Counted from the first letter of the stretch, positions 12,564 to 26,080 are shown. The stretch is DNA of 64,000 nt from Octopus sinensis (GCF_006345805.1 NC_043003.1:83576001-83640000); one strand, 5' to 3'. The notes: generated by a model from the letters alone, not told the origin. A program made the numbers and translations.

Positions 12564-12985
12564 CATCATCATCATCATTTAACATCTGTTATCCATGGGT
12601 TGGACGGTTTGACTGGGCTGGCACGCTGGAAGGCTGTGCCAGGATCCAGTCTGGTTTGGCATAGTTTTCTACGGCTGGATGCCCTTCCTAATGCCAACCA
12701 CTCTGAGAGTGTAGTGGGTGCTTTTACATAATACCAGTATCCGCCACGACTGTGATTTTGCTGGATTTGATGGATCTTCTTCTCAAGCATGACATAATGC
12801 CAAAGATCTTGGACATTGCCTCTGTGAAGCCCAACATTCAAATGGAGCATGGCCACATTGCTTCCATTAGGCCCAATGCTCAAAAGGAACTCAGCCACCT
12901 TGCCTTCATGAGGCCCATTCGAAATGAACTCAGCTACCTCACCTCCATGAGGCCCAACACTCGCAAGGAACTCAGCCACCTCAAT
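12564..12985 (-). mobile_element. RTE 3' fragment with an internal ~42-bp minisatellite
   Basis: (CAT)n tail and RTE UTR, then four copies of a tgaggcccaa...aaggaactcagccacct unit related to the RTE ORF end. Confidence 0.7.
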
Positions 12986-13198
12986 AAAATATAGTTTCAA
13001 ACATGACATTCCACAAAACATAGATTACTTTATAAAGCAGGTTTTCATAGTTAAGGGCAATAAAATTTTGAGTGGATATATCAAATTTGCACGACAACAG
13101 GATTAAAATGTGTCTCCATCCCTTGAAATTTCAAACTTCGTGCCTATAATAGAAAGGGTTATTATTACTATTGGGAGAGTAAATATAAGAGTTCTTAC

Positions 13199-13302
13199 CC
13201 TAGGTTTCCAGTTCAGATATTTTAAAGCTTTTGAAATATTTGGTCGCCGCCTCTGTGGATCATCCTGCATGGCCGGTCTATTGACTATCTTGCTGTCACC
13301 AC
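13199..13302 (-). CDS. UXS1: UXS1 exon (GGDSKIVNRPAMQDDPQRRRPNISKALKYLNWKPR)
   Basis: 104 nt, cag acceptor and gtaag donor, phase 1 to 0. Contains the DDPxxRxP motif. Confidence 0.95.
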
Positions 13303-14458
13303 CTGAGAAACAGATAAGATAAAAATTAAGATTTCTATCACGTAGGTTGTACACTAGTTTTCTCTTTTCTCTCATTGTCAACATTGTGAATAGATATCTG
13401 CATATATACATGACCAAAACAAACGAAACACCCTATTGCACAGACATGTAGAAGACATTGAACATGTTTAAAGTAGAATCTAATATAAAATGATTATGCT
13501 TTTTGATATCAATGCCCCTAATCCAATGACAGAAACCACTTGTTTACAGTGATCTAAATGAAAAGCTGTCAAAATTTCGAGTTAATCTATGTTTCAAACA
13601 CCACTTCTAGATCAAGGGTGACTTGCGGGTTAAAGTGGTGAGATAACTAACAATAACAAGAAATCAATCAACTACAGATCCTTGATGTAATCATTCAAGC
13701 TGCTAGAAATATCAGCCAAATACGTCTCAAATGACATACTATTGTCTTGAAAACAGAGGGCTGCAATGGATAATATAGCCCTAGATACACAATGGTCAGA
13801 AGGATGCTGTAGTCATGGATGAAAAGCTTTGAATCATTTGTTTGCTCTTCTATTTTTCTTGTATTTTTTTTTAATCTTTTGTTACGTAGGGAGCGTAGAA
13901 GCTGTATTGTATCTGCCAGGAAAATCAAACAAAGTAGAGCTTTTATGTACACTACCCAGTGGTTAAGAAGTCATCCAGGGAACCTCTACATGGTGACTCA
14001 ACCTGTAGGAAATAATAGTCAAATGTCCCTCAAATCACATGACCATCAATAAAAAGTAAAACAAAAAGGAAGGAGACATTGGATTATGTAATCTTAGAAA
14101 CATCATCATCATCATTTAATGTTCACTTTTCGTTGTCATCGTCACCACCACTGCCACCATCATCATTTTTATGTCCACTTTTCCATGCTTGATTGGGTTG
14201 GACAGGATTTATTCAAGTGGATTTTCTACAGTCAGATGTCCTTCCTGTTGCCAACCCTTGCCTGTTTCCAAGCAAGTTAATATTGCTCCCACATGGCCAG
14301 AATATTGGAAAGCGGACGTTAAACGATGATGATGATGATGATGATGATGATAATGATATCCAAAATGATCTAATTTTCACCATGACAGCTGTACTGGTTG
14401 GTTAAAAAAAAAACAATGAAAACAAAATAAAATAGAAAAAACATCAAAGTCAACATAC

Positions 14459-14621
14459 CAACAAGGCTCTTAATAATTTTGGCAAATTCCATAACAGAAT
14501 GTTCTTCAGGGTTGCCAAGGTTGACTGGCTGAGAGTAATTGCTGTTCATTAAAGCAATAAGCCCATCTACCAAATCACTAACATACTGGAACGATCTAGT
14601 CTGTGTACCATCACCGTATAC
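14459..14621 (-). CDS. UXS1: UXS1 exon (VYGDGTQTRSFQYVSDLVDGLIALMNSNYSQPVNLGNPEEHSVMEFAKIIKSLV)
   Basis: 163 nt, aag acceptor and gtatg donor, phase 0 to 1. Confidence 0.95.
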
Positions 14622-14969
14622 CTTATAATATAAAAACAGGAAAGGAGGAGAATAAAACACCTGAGCCAAAATGAACACAGGAAAACTTGTACAATTACTC
14701 CAAAGTTGTAATATAATTTGGAGAAGAAATGTAATCTGCTAAAGGAATAGTGTGTATGTGAGAGAGAGAGAGAGAGGGAGGGAGGGAAGGAGAGAGAGAG
14801 AGAGAGTGAGTGTATAGGAAAAACACAACAGGTCTACTATCATATATAATAACAGGAGAACCAAAGTCAGCTGGGGGAAAATATGCATGCATGTCTATCA
14901 TCATCATCACCAAAAACAGTGGTCATGATGTTGATGACTGACTGACATGCATGGATACATACACACATA

Positions 14970-15002
<33 letters not shown>

Positions 15003-15131
15003 TGAGTCTCATATACATTAGCATTTGTCTGCTTGTGTGTACACGTGTGCCTCTGTGTGTATATGCATGCTGCATGTATATGTATGCATGTATGTGTGTA
15101 TTATTTTGTGCATTATGTTTTGTCCAAACAT

Positions 15132-15467
15132 GTGAAGACGTGCGGCTTAGTGGTTAGAGCATTCGGCTCACGATCGTAAGGTCGTGAGTTCGATTCCTGG
15201 CGACGCATTGTGTCCTTGAGCAAGACACTTTATTTCACATTGCTCCAGTCCACTCAGCTAGCAAAAATGAGTTGTACCTGTATTTCAAAGGGCCGGCCTT
15301 GTCACGCTCTGTGTCACACTGAGTCTCCCTGAGAACTACGTTAGGGGTACGCGTGTCTGTTGATTGCTCAGCCACTTGCACGTTCATTTCACGAGCAGGC
15401 TGTTCCGTTGATCGTATCAGCTGGGACCCTCGTCGTCGTAACCAACAGAGTGCTCCTTTTTTTCATA
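15132..15467 (+). mobile_element. tRNA-derived SINE, family C (CORE/V-like body)
   Basis: A box GGCTTAGTGG, B box GAGTTCGATTCC, body gtgtccttgagcaagacact. 14-bp TSD ttttgtccaaacat at 15118-15131 and 15468-15481. Confidence 0.85.
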
Positions 15468-15559
15468 TTTTGTCCAAACATATAACAACCAAATAAGCAA
15501 ATACATATTCACACACACAGACAGGAACATGTTAAAACATATTATGTTATAAGACATAC

Positions 15560-15679
15560 CGTAATAGGTTCGTTCTGGAGAGCTTGCAAAATAAAGTTGC
15601 TCACAACACGGCCATCGTTCATGTGCATCCGGGGACCAAAAGTATTGAAAATTCTCGAAACACGCACTTCAAGGTTTTC
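15560..15679 (-). CDS. UXS1: UXS1 exon ([40 protein letters not shown])
   Basis: 120 nt, cag acceptor and gtatg donor, phase 0 to 0. Contains [10 protein letters not shown]. Confidence 0.96.
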
Positions 15680-16157
15680 CTGAAAATGTAAGAAGCTCCA
15701 GTTATTAATATTTTCCATAGAATAACCAACAGTGTGGAGAAGCAAAGATGGCAGGGTTCTAGTAGAGGGATGCTTTACAATATATACATTTGTGTTGTGT
15801 TTTGTCACAGAAGCTAAATCACTGACAGCCACAGTTGTGGTGGAAGCAGTGTGGAAGCTAGGTTTGGAATCAAAAGGCCTTAGAGTCAATGGTCATCTTT
15901 TCCATGTTCGCATGCACTGTTGCTGACCCTCATTTGCTTCCAAGCAAGACAATGTTTTCCCCTCTTTCACAGAACAAAAGGCAGCACTATGGCCTGGAAT
16001 ATTTTTGCAGCAGATTGCAATTGTATGATTGTAAATAAATGACAAATGACTCAGTTTATATGAACAATGACTTTGTTCTGAACCAGTGCACAAATGCCAA
16101 GACAAAGGCACCACTGAAACAGACACGTCCAGTCAGGGACACACACACACACATGTA

Positions 16158-16211
<54 letters not shown>

Positions 16212-17899
16212 TGTATGATGGACTTTTGAAATGTTTCGTCTAACAATTTCACTCAAAAGGCCTGGAAAGCTTGCGGCTTTCATAGAGGACACCAGTCAAA
16301 TGTTCCTAAATAGTGTATCACTCCTTCGGGGTGGAACTTTGGCAAGTGTCTTCTAATGCCCTGAGCTGACCAAAGCTTTATGAGTGGCTTTGATAGACAG
16401 AAACTAAAAGAAGTCAGTTGTTGTTTTATCACCATCATTATCATCATTATCATCATCATCCTCTAACATCCATTTTCTATGCTGGCATGGGTTGGACGGT
16501 TTGACCAGAGCTGGTAAGCCAGAGCGCTGCACCAGGTTCCAGTCTGATTTGGCTTTACTTCTACGGCTGAATGCCCTTCCTAGTGCCAACCACCTTACAG
16601 TGTGTACTGAGTGATTTTAACATTCCACTGGCACAAGAGCCTTTATGTGACACTGGTACAAGTGCTTTACACATGAGCAGCACCAGCAAAACACTCTTGC
16701 AGGCCAATCCACTTCACCAGGGAAGTGGCTTAACATGTCTGCTGTGGAGGAGATATATATATTGCGTTACCTGACGATTATGAAGTTTGCAAAAATCCCT
16801 GCCCTCTTCAGTGAAACTGAATTCTTGAAGCACTATGCATATTGTATATTGTGTTCTTCACCCATGTTACAGTGACTCACCCCTACACCTGAACCAAATT
16901 TCCTCCCATCATGCTCTATACTTACCTTCTCATCCACTGGTTCTTACAGACAACCCAATTGTAAAATGTGTTGGCATTGGAGACGGCACCCAGCATTAGA
17001 AACCATGTCACAACAGACACTGCAGCATGATGCAGCCCTTGGACTCATCAGATACTTTCAAACTATCCAACCCATACCAACATAGACCATGGATGTTAAA
17101 TGTTGCTGATGTATATATATATTGTTATTCTACCAATTATGTACGTTTTTATTTATTTTTTTTTTTTTGCAATTCACTTAATCACTTAATATTTTATTGT
17201 TATTCTAATTTTAATATTTCTATTGCATGTAATTTTCTGGATGGTCTAATTTTATTGTTCATTTTGAATTGATAAAAGGTGGGTTTTTTCTAATTTTATA
17301 TATATTTTATATATATATATAGACACATGAGGAGCAAAATCAGGTTAGGTGTGATAGTGTGTGACAGAGGAGGGGAGAAATATAATACTAGTTGGAACAA
17401 TGCAAGCTGTGGGCTATGAATATCCTCAATGCTTTTTTTGCATGTTGCTCACCATTACATTTTTCAATGCCGATGAGGTGACACACTATTTCACTGACAT
17501 AGAACAGACATGCTTGATGAACAGGAAAATCAATGCTATCTGAATTTTACCGACAATAAACCATAAACAAGGAACTTAACTCTGTGCAGGGGTGCAAGGA
17601 AAGAAGTATCTGTTTTACTTTTTCGCTTTTGTGCAAATTTATCCATCCAGAGAATGACATAGACAGATAGAAAGGAGAGTAAGTCGGATGTACCTGTATA
17701 ACAACCAGTATAGAATATAATACACAAGACATCCTATTACATATGTACACAATATTTAATTAACCAAATTTGCTGACATTGTGAATGAAAACTTTAGTAG
17801 ATGAAGCATAGACAAGAAGTTAAATTCAATTACTTATACCTACACACTTTTACAAATATATAGCTTGTGCCAATTTAGATAAATTTGATATTACTATAC

Positions 17900-18021
17900 C
17901 TGCTTGGCATATGCATAGCACATGGTTTCAGCAACTCTCTTGCCTTCATCATAACAGGCCCTTGGACCAATGGGGTTCACATGACCCCAATATTCTTCAA
18001 CTTGAGGATGAACTTCAGGAT
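17900..18021 (-). CDS. UXS1: UXS1 exon ([41 protein letters not shown])
   Basis: 122 nt, cag acceptor and gtata donor, phase 1 to 0. Contains the catalytic YxxxK (YDEGK). Not in the ORF track. Confidence 0.96.
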
Positions 18022-18834
18022 CTGTAACATAAATTAATACCATTAGACCAATCCAGTGAGCACAAGGATCCAGTTTTGACCATTTACCTCAAGTAGAAGA
18101 ACTAATTTTATCAGTTGTTATACTCAGAAAATTTAGCTACCAGCCTACTTCAGTGGTCAACTTGGAACAGCCCATTTCTCACTTGAGGGTGTCTGCCTCA
18201 ACACATATAAAGCACCCAGTACACTTTGTAATGTGGTTTATGTTAGGAAGGACAACCAGCCATAGAAACCATTCCAAAGTAGACAATGGAACCCAGCATA
18301 GTCCTCTGGTTAACTCGTTCCTGCTAAACCATCCAACCCATGCCAGCATGGAAAAGGGACATTAAATGAGGATGATGATGATTTCCTTCAGTTTCGTAGA
18401 ATTTGTGTGAAAATATATGGCTTAATCGTTAGAGTATAGGTCTCACAGTTATTAGGTCATAGGTTTGATTTTCTTTTTGACCAGACATGCACTGTGTTCT
18501 TGAGCAATTTAACATTGCTCCAGTCTATGCAGCTGAAAATGAACCAGTGATATTTAGAAGTTAACTCTGCAATGGATTCGCATCTTATTCAAAGGAGAAG
18601 TCTTATACTCTCAGTAACATAATATTCCCAGACACTTGGATGTCCTCCAGCCTCTTAAGACTGTAGAGTAGAATTGAATTGAATTGAATAGAACTGGTTT
18701 AGGCTCATGAGTTGTGGCCATGCTGGGACACTGCCATTTAGAGTCAGACTTATTAAACAGCATTGAAAACCTCCTGTTGTCACTCTTTAACCAAGACAAC
18801 TCAGTTAAGAATATTTCTGAAGGAAAAGACATCA

Positions 18835-19250
18835 GGCGCAGGAGTGGCTGTGTGGTAAGTAGCTTGCTAACCAACCACATGGTTCCGGGTTCAGTCCCAC
18901 TGCGTGGCATCTTGGGCAAGTGTCTTCTGCTATAGCCCCGGGCCGACCAATGCCTTGTGAGTGGATTTGGTAGACGGAAACTGAAAGAAGCCTGTCGTAT
19001 ATATATATATATGTATGTGTGTGTATGTGTTTGTGTGTCTGTGTTTGTCCCCCTAACATTGCTTGACAACCGATGCTGGCTGGTATATTTACGTCCCCGT
19101 CACTTAGCGGTTCGGCAAAAGAGACCGATAGAATAAGTACTGGGCTTACAAAGAATAAGTCCCGGGGTCGATTTGCTCGACTAAAGGCGGTGCTCCAGCA
19201 TGGCTGCAGTCAAATGACTGAAACAAGTAAAAGAGAGTAAAAGAGAGAGA
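18835..19250 (+). mobile_element. SINE family A, full-length copy
   Basis: GGCGCAGGAGTGGCTGTGTGGTAAG head, B box GGTTCAGTCCC, CORE-like cttgggcaagtgtctt, tail gtaaaagag repeats. Confidence 0.9.
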
Positions 19251-19447
19251 GAATCACTTTAGTGTCGTTTCAATGTATAATGTTATAGGATGACAAAAGG
19301 TTAGACAAGTCTTTAAGACTGCCCCATATTCATTAGTCTTTATCCAGAATCTTCAAATCTCTCGAGCAACATCAGCCCTGATCTATAAAAAAAACAACCC
19401 AATAATATAATTTTAATGAATCAAGGTATTTAAAACTCTGCACATAC

Positions 19448-19507
19448 CTCCATAGACCTCAGAAGTGGATGCCAATAAAATCCTAGCTCGCACACGTTTG
19501 GCCAAAC
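19448..19507 (-). CDS. UXS1: UXS1 exon (GLAKRVRARILLASTSEVYG)
   Basis: 60 nt, ttttcaaag acceptor and gtatg donor, phase 1 to 1. Contains the STSEVYG motif. Confidence 0.95.
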
Positions 19508-19909
19508 CTTTGAAAATATAAAAAAAATATTCATGAGAAATACTTGTAAAATTTTATGATACTGAAGTGGAATAAAATACATTTTGAAAGCTTCTGGAAA
19601 TAAAAAATAGCAATTTGCTTTATATTCCATTTTTAAGCAAATTAGCAAGGATTACATTTCAGTGAGACACAAAGTTACATAGCAGTTCTGGGGAAAGCTA
19701 TCTTCTTTCCAGCACATTGACAAAAGTTGGCTAGCTACAAACGGAATTTGAAGACCAGCTCCATAATGCATACAATTAAGTGGAGAATTGTGGAGAAATC
19801 CAAGCCATATGTGAATGGATCTAAGAGATGCAACTTATGATGATGATGATGATGAACCAAAATGTTTAATGGAAAATAAACAACAAAAATTTAAAGAAAA
19901 CTAACATAC

Positions 19910-20014
19910 CAAGAACATTGATGGTGCCAATTGTGTTGGTCTTTATAGTTTTAATAGGATTGTACATGTAATTTGGAGGTGACGCTGGAGATGCCAAATG
20001 GTATATTTGGTCAA
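19910..20014 (-). CDS. UXS1: UXS1 exon ([35 protein letters not shown])
   Basis: 105 nt, cag acceptor and gtatg donor, phase 1 to 1. Confidence 0.96.
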
Positions 20015-20110
20015 CTGTATGAAAGAAAAAAATATTTTAACAGTCCTTCGAACAACAACGATACAAATATTATAGATTTATATTATATTCTTTGGGTGTA
20101 TATCTTTTAA

Positions 20111-20323
20111 CCCTTTAACATTCAGATTACTGTCAAATATAATGCTTGTTTATCCACATTGTTTTGAATTAACCATGCATTATCTTATAGCTTCGAGATT
20201 TCAATGATGTCATCATATATTTTTAGAACGACATTGTAGGGTAGGTTGTGAGGCCAAATCTGGCTGGTTTGAACATAAAGCAGGTACAATATTTGAGCTG
20301 GACATGGTCGGTTTACAAAAGGA
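20111..20323 (+). mobile_element. piggyBac-like MITE family 1 copy
   Basis: TTAA-ccctttaacattcaga...aaaggaTTAA. Confidence 0.7.
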
Positions 20324-21473
20324 TTAAACTCTCAATAATTTAGACTGATTTTGCTATAATCTGCATCAAAGGCAACTCATAAGGAAGAGCAATAACTTGA
20401 AATTCTTTACTGTAACAGCAGACACCCTCTCTGATACCATTGATAAAATACACAGTCCATGCTGTTAATTGGTTAATGATAGAAAGAGCATTCAGCCCTA
20501 AAAGACATGTCATACATAACAAAGATTGACTGTATTGTTTTCTTTTTTTTCTCTTTTTGTACCTTATCAGCATAGGAAAACAATGATGATGATGTTATGG
20601 AAAAATAGACAACTAAATGGTCAGTAATTCATATTCTGTAGTAGGTATCACATCATATGTGTGACCAAGACATTTAGTTGTCACCGGGTAAGCTCACTTT
20701 GCTGTATGTTGATTCTACAGTGAGGATAATTCAGTTAAAACCAGAGACAGCACTGAGAAATTAATAACCTTCTTTAACTTGTAATGCTAGATTTAATTTC
20801 TCCAGAGGGAATTGAAAAACAAACATTATCTATGATAGAGCTACAACGAATCCAAGAGATATACCATTCATCTGCTCAACAGCTGCAGAAACCAGAGATA
20901 AACACAATCATTGTAGCCTTTGGGTGCTTCAGTGGAATCTACTCTGTTATCAGTATTCAGGCCAAGTCTCCCATCTGAGTATAACTTCTTCCCACTAGTC
21001 TTGGAGGTGCTAAATAAAGTCATGAATGTTGCCTGTTATACAAACACGGTTTCACAAAATCAAGCCATTTCAAAAATAATCAAACTCAGCTTGTGCCTTG
21101 TGAAGCCACATGAATACCTTAGCACCATTATCAATGTTTTGCAGCTCCTACTCATCATTTTCTCTTTCTCTCATCACTTTTTCTACTATTAGTTGAGAGT
21201 AGTCATGCAGATCCCTGTGCAGAAATATGCTCTTCCTCTACCTCCCTCATAGTAATTTCCTCATTCCTTAGCAACAAGCTGACCCCACTACTGCATTCAT
21301 GGTTCATACCTCTGTGAACAGCATGGTGACCTCCATAGTATAGGTGGCATGAAAAAAGCAACCAACTCAGTCCACACTGTAAAGTGGTTGACATTAGGAA
21401 AGGCATCCAGTCGTAAAAACCACGCCAAAGCAGACACTGGAGCTTGATGTAGTTCTTGGACACATTAGATCCT

Positions 21474-21704
21474 ATTTCTTTACTACCCACAAGGGGCTAA
21501 ACACAGAGGGGACAAACAAGGATAGACAAACGGATTAAGTCAATTACATCGACCTCAGTGCGTAACTGGTACTTATTTAATCGACCTCAAAAGGATGAAA
21601 GGCAAAGTCGACCTCGGCAGAATTTGAACTCGCAACGTAACAGCAGACGAAATACCGCTAGGCATTTCACCCGGCGTGCTAACATTTCTGCCAGCTCACC
21701 GCCT
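21474..21704 (-). mobile_element. SINE family B nested in an RTE 3' tail (~21340-21787)
   Basis: 18-bp TSD ttggacacattagatcct at 21456-21473 and 21705-21722. Confidence 0.9.
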
Positions 21705-21807
21705 TTGGACACATTAGATCCTGTCAAACCATTCAATTTATGTCAGCATGGAACATGAACATTAAATGATGATGATGATGATGATAATGGGACGGGCAAA
21801 TCCTTAC

Positions 21808-21988
21808 CTTCAATATATAATGGGTTGACAATATCATGGTGTAGCAATTCGAAGTTTTCATGCCCTATCCAGTGTTCAATATTTCGTTTGCGGCCAGTGA
21901 AAAAATTGTCAATGACAGTAACCTCATGTCCCTGGATCATTAAACGATCTACCAAATGGGAACCAACAAAACCTGCACCACCAGTTAT
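21808..21988 (-). CDS. UXS1: UXS1 exon (ITGGAGFVGSHLVDRLMIQGHEVTVIDNFFTGRKRNIEHWIGHENFELLHHDIVNPLYIE)
   Basis: 181 nt, ttttcag acceptor and gtaag donor, phase 0 to 1. Contains the NAD-binding GxxGxxG. Confidence 0.97.
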
Positions 21989-22934
21989 CTGAAAAAAGGC
22001 AATGAAAGGACAATTAAAATCCAAGATAAAACATCCAAGATAAAATATGGCAAGATAACACATGTACATATATACATAAATCTGATGTACATATATACAT
22101 TGCAAAATTTTTTCATTCTAGAAATTAACTAGTAACTAATGAGTAAATCAAATAACAAATTTATTTTAACTAATCATTTGATCAGCTTTATATAGGAAAG
22201 TATATGGCTGATTAAGTTGACACCCTGCCCACCTGTGTATAACTGGTACTTACTATATTAATTCCTAGAGCAGAACACAAAAGTCAATTCCCACAGGAAT
22301 TGAGCTTGAAGCTAAGTGTAAAACACGGGCCACTGTGAGTAAACTAAATTATATGTACCAATCAAATCTTGGAGTCTATACACCAGGAACTGCAGATGTG
22401 TCAGTTTCAGACCAAGCAGCTCTATTTTCTAATTATACCCTCTCTCTCTCACTCCCTCCCTCTCCCTCTCTCTTACACACACACATGCATGCAAGAGAGA
22501 AGAATAATAATGTATGAACCTGAACCTGAAAAGCTGACTTTAGTTTAGTCAGAGGACAATGGGATGTGGCCATGACCTCTTTGTGAATCCACCGTAACCG
22601 GTGGGAGAAAAGGAGGGATTTATTTACAAGCCAGACACTTGACTCAAATGCTTGCAACAGAGTAAATTCCATTAAAACCAAGTGACAGACTAAGTTTGCC
22701 ACTATTTGGATGACCTAAAGCTCAAAACAGCTGGACACTTATTTATGCAAACCTCAGATGGTGGGGAAACAATTAACAAACTTGATTATCCAACAAGTGA
22801 GGAGTGAGAGGAAGCGATACCAGAAACTAATTTGATGACCCAAGAAAGAACTACAGGTGCTATTACAGTTAATATGAAAGAATTATGCAACAAACTGCTA
22901 AACCACATGATTAAGAATTAAAAAAAACTCTTAC

Positions 22935-22992
22935 TAAAATGCGTTTCCGGTCTTTATATGTTAAAAATGTAACATCTGGATACTTCTTCTTT
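22935..22992 (-). CDS. UXS1: UXS1 exon (KKKYPDVTFLTYKDRKRIL)
   Basis: 58 nt, tttcag acceptor and gtaag donor, phase 2 to 0. Matches the KYPxVxFLxxKDRKRIL segment of UXS1. Confidence 0.93.
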
Positions 22993-23599
22993 CTGAAATA
23001 GACATTATATATAAAACAAAGATGTGCATAATATCAAATAAATACTGTGTGTGCATATTCTTTAATTAATTTTTTACATCAAAGTTAAGGTCAACATCTG
23101 TGTATATTTCAGATACAGTCATTTACATATGTACAGAGATATATTTATAAGCAGCTTGAAGCCTTTAAGCTAATTATATATCAACTGTTGTATATCTTCT
23201 TATGATTTAATCAAATCATTAGAAAGTTCAAGCATCGGGTGTGAAGTTTATTTCAGGACAAGACTTGTAAAGGACATAAGTTATTTATTACATAGCCCTA
23301 ATTCAATTCTGATAGAGCAAACCCGTACTCAAGTGTGCTCCAAATATCACCATCCCATCATTTTGTAGGTGAAGGAGGACTTCATTACCCAATGCATCAT
23401 CCCATTTTTAAGACAGTAAGGTATTATCTTAGCGACAACAGAATGCACTTTCTGGCAAATCAAAGGTCAGCATAGAGGTTACATTCATCAAGAAATATTT
23501 TATCAAGAAAACTAGAGCAGACATGAGGCAACACAGCTTAAAGGTCACCTGGAGTGGTGAGAGGATGGCAACACCATATCAGTGGATAAGTGACTAGCA

Positions 23600-24230
23600 G
23601 CTGACAAGATTACAATTGCAAACAAAAGAAAGTGCATATTTGATTGTGTTGCTAATGACTTCATCAAAGAAGGCACACAGCATCCACGACCCTTTTCCAA
23701 AGCCTCCAAAACTGGTGGGAGGAAGGGTGGAAGTTGGACGCAAAGCAATTAGTGCAAGGCCTGGGGGTTTAAGACGCAACAAGGTTAGTGAAAAGAGGAG
23801 TAACAAGTGGGTTGAGAATGTCTGAGTGGAAGTGGTATGAGCCCAGCCAGATCTGAGGACCAGATGTCATTTTAGTAGCAGAAATAAACAGAGAACAAGG
23901 AAACAACACACCATTGGCATGGGCAACCTTTTACAAAAAGCAGGTCATGGGCCATACTCAAAAAAATTTGAAGTAATTTTTTGTTAGGCAAACCATTCAC
24001 AAAGTCCCATGGCTAATAGTTTGCCCATAGCTGGGCTGGAGAGTAGCTGTGAGTGACTTTCTAGACTATATCCATTTCTGGGAGTCTGTATGTGCAGCAG
24101 CAGTGCCATCTCAGATATAGAAATGACAGTCCATTGTGGGCCTTGCCGGAGCTTTGTTAAGAGTGTCTACAGCTGTCAGGGACTGAAATTTCACAATGAG
24201 ATGTTTGGTGAACTGAGATTATGAGCATAA
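23600..24230 (-). pseudogene. Ancient LINE 3' fragment (CR1/Jockey-group-like), with a related copy at ~51200-51780
   Basis: Shares motifs such as agtgcaaggc, atgagcccagccag and ccattgtgggcc with 51360-51680. No open frame. Confidence 0.45.
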
Positions 24231-24293
24231 AGGAATCTATGAATTCAGTTTTAACACCATCTAAAACAATATGAGTAGAGTGAAGACCCTTAG

Positions 24294-24496
24294 CCCTTTC
24301 ACATTCAGATCACTCAGTCAAATGTAATACTTATTTATTCACATTGTTTTGAATTAATCTCACATTTTCCGATAGCTGTGATATTTCAATGATGCAACTG
24401 TTTATTTTAAAAATGACAATGTAGAGTTGGTGTGAGAGGCCAGTTTGAACATAAAACAGGCAGAATATTTGGGCCAGATATGGCCAGTTTAAATGC
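24294..24496 (+). mobile_element. piggyBac-like MITE family 1, right TIR replaced by the RTE junction
   Basis: Matches 11582-11785 and ends at aaatgctg where RTE coding sequence begins. Confidence 0.65.
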
Positions 24497-26080
24497 TGAA
24501 GAACTAGAGACGAAGTTTAGGGTGTGGAAGCAAGGTCTAGAATTGAAGGGCCTTAAGGTTAACCTAGCAAAAACCAAAGTCTTAGTAAGTAGGGAGTCAA
24601 ACAAATCACAAACCCATTCAAGTAGATGGCCTTGCTCGATCTGTAAAAAAGGCAAGGGTAGAAACTCCATACGATGTATCCGGTGGAAGCTATGGATACA
24701 TAAAAGGTGCAGTAGTATCAAAGGAAGGTTAACCAGGAAAATAGCTTTTGTGTGTGGCAGATATAGAGGGGCAATAAACACTGAAGATGTACAGAAAACA
24801 GATTCCATCACATGTCAGGGGAAGAAACTAGAAGTAGTTGAATGCTTCCGCTACTTAGGTGACCAAGTCTGTTGTGGAAGTGATTGCTCTGAGAGTGTAG
24901 CAGCTAGAATAAGAATACCCTGAGCAAAGTTCAGGGAGTTCCTACCTTTACTGGCAACTAAGAGCCTCTCACTCAGGATGAAAGGTAGACTGTATGATGC
25001 ATATGTGCAAACTGCCATGCTACCCAGCAGTGGAACATGGGCCATGACTGCTGGGGATATGCATAGGCTTGAAAGAAATGAAGCTAGTATGATCCACTGG
25101 ATGTGTAATATCTGTGTGCATACACAACAGAGTGTAAGCACCCTGAGAGAAAAGTTGGGTATAAGAAACATCAAATGTGGTGTGCAAGAGTGACGACTGT
25201 GCTGGTATGGTCATGTGTTATATATATGGATGAGGACAGCTGTGTGAGGAAGTGCCACTCCCTAACTGTGGAAGGAACCTGTGGAATAGGTAGACCTGGG
25301 AAGACATAGGACAGGGTGGTGAAGCATGACCTTCTAACGAACACTGGGCCTCACAGAGGCAAGGACAGGAGACCAAGACCTTTGGAGATATGCTGTGATT
25401 GAGAAGTAGGATCACAGTTATGCATGTCCGACCCAGTTAAGAGTTCCTCTGATGTGTTGGGTGATATGATATAGTTGAGAAGACCTGTTGAGTCAAGTAA
25501 ACCAATATCGTAGCTGTGGCCAGCACCCCCGACTAGCTCCCATGCCTGTGGCACATAAAATGCACTATCCGAGCATGGTCGATGCCAGGTCCACCTCACT
25601 GGCACCCATGCTGGTGGCACATAAAAAGCACTATCCAAATATGATCAATGCCAGGACTGCCTGACTGACTCCCATGCCGGTGGCATGTAAAAAGCACCAT
25701 CTGAATGTGGCTGATGCCGGTACCCACTGACTGGCTCCCATACCAGTGGCACGTGAAAAGCACCATCCAAATGTGGCCGATGCCTATACCCCCTGACTGG
25801 CCTCCATGCTGGTGGCACATAAAAAGCACTATCCAAACATGATCAATGCCAGGCCTGCCTGACTGGCTGGCTCCTGTGCTGGTGACATGTAAAAAGCATC
25901 CACTATTCTCAGAGTGGTTGGCGTTAGGAAGGGCATCCAGCTGTAGAAGCAGCCAGATCAGACTGGAGCCTGGTGCAGCTGCTGGATCTCCAGACCACAG
26001 TCAAACTGTCCAACCCATGCCAGTATGGAAAACAGATGTTAAACAATCTTGATGATGATGATGATGGTGATGATAATGAT
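24497..26080 (+). mobile_element. 5'-truncated, degenerate RTE LINE (RT C-terminal part, PHD-like insert, VNTR-containing 3' UTR, GAT tail)
   Basis: Translation parallels the 42144-44117 ORF (WKQGLELKGLKVNLAKTK, WPCSIC, FRYLGD) with stops. About five ~65-bp gtggcac.taaaaagcac units at 25540-25900. Confidence 0.9.

Noticed and set aside
12575-13021. ORFs on both strands with 14-aa repeats
   Set aside because: They come from a 42-bp minisatellite inside an RTE fragment.
15132-15205. tRNA-like sequence
   Set aside because: It is the head of a TSD-flanked SINE with no proper acceptor stem.
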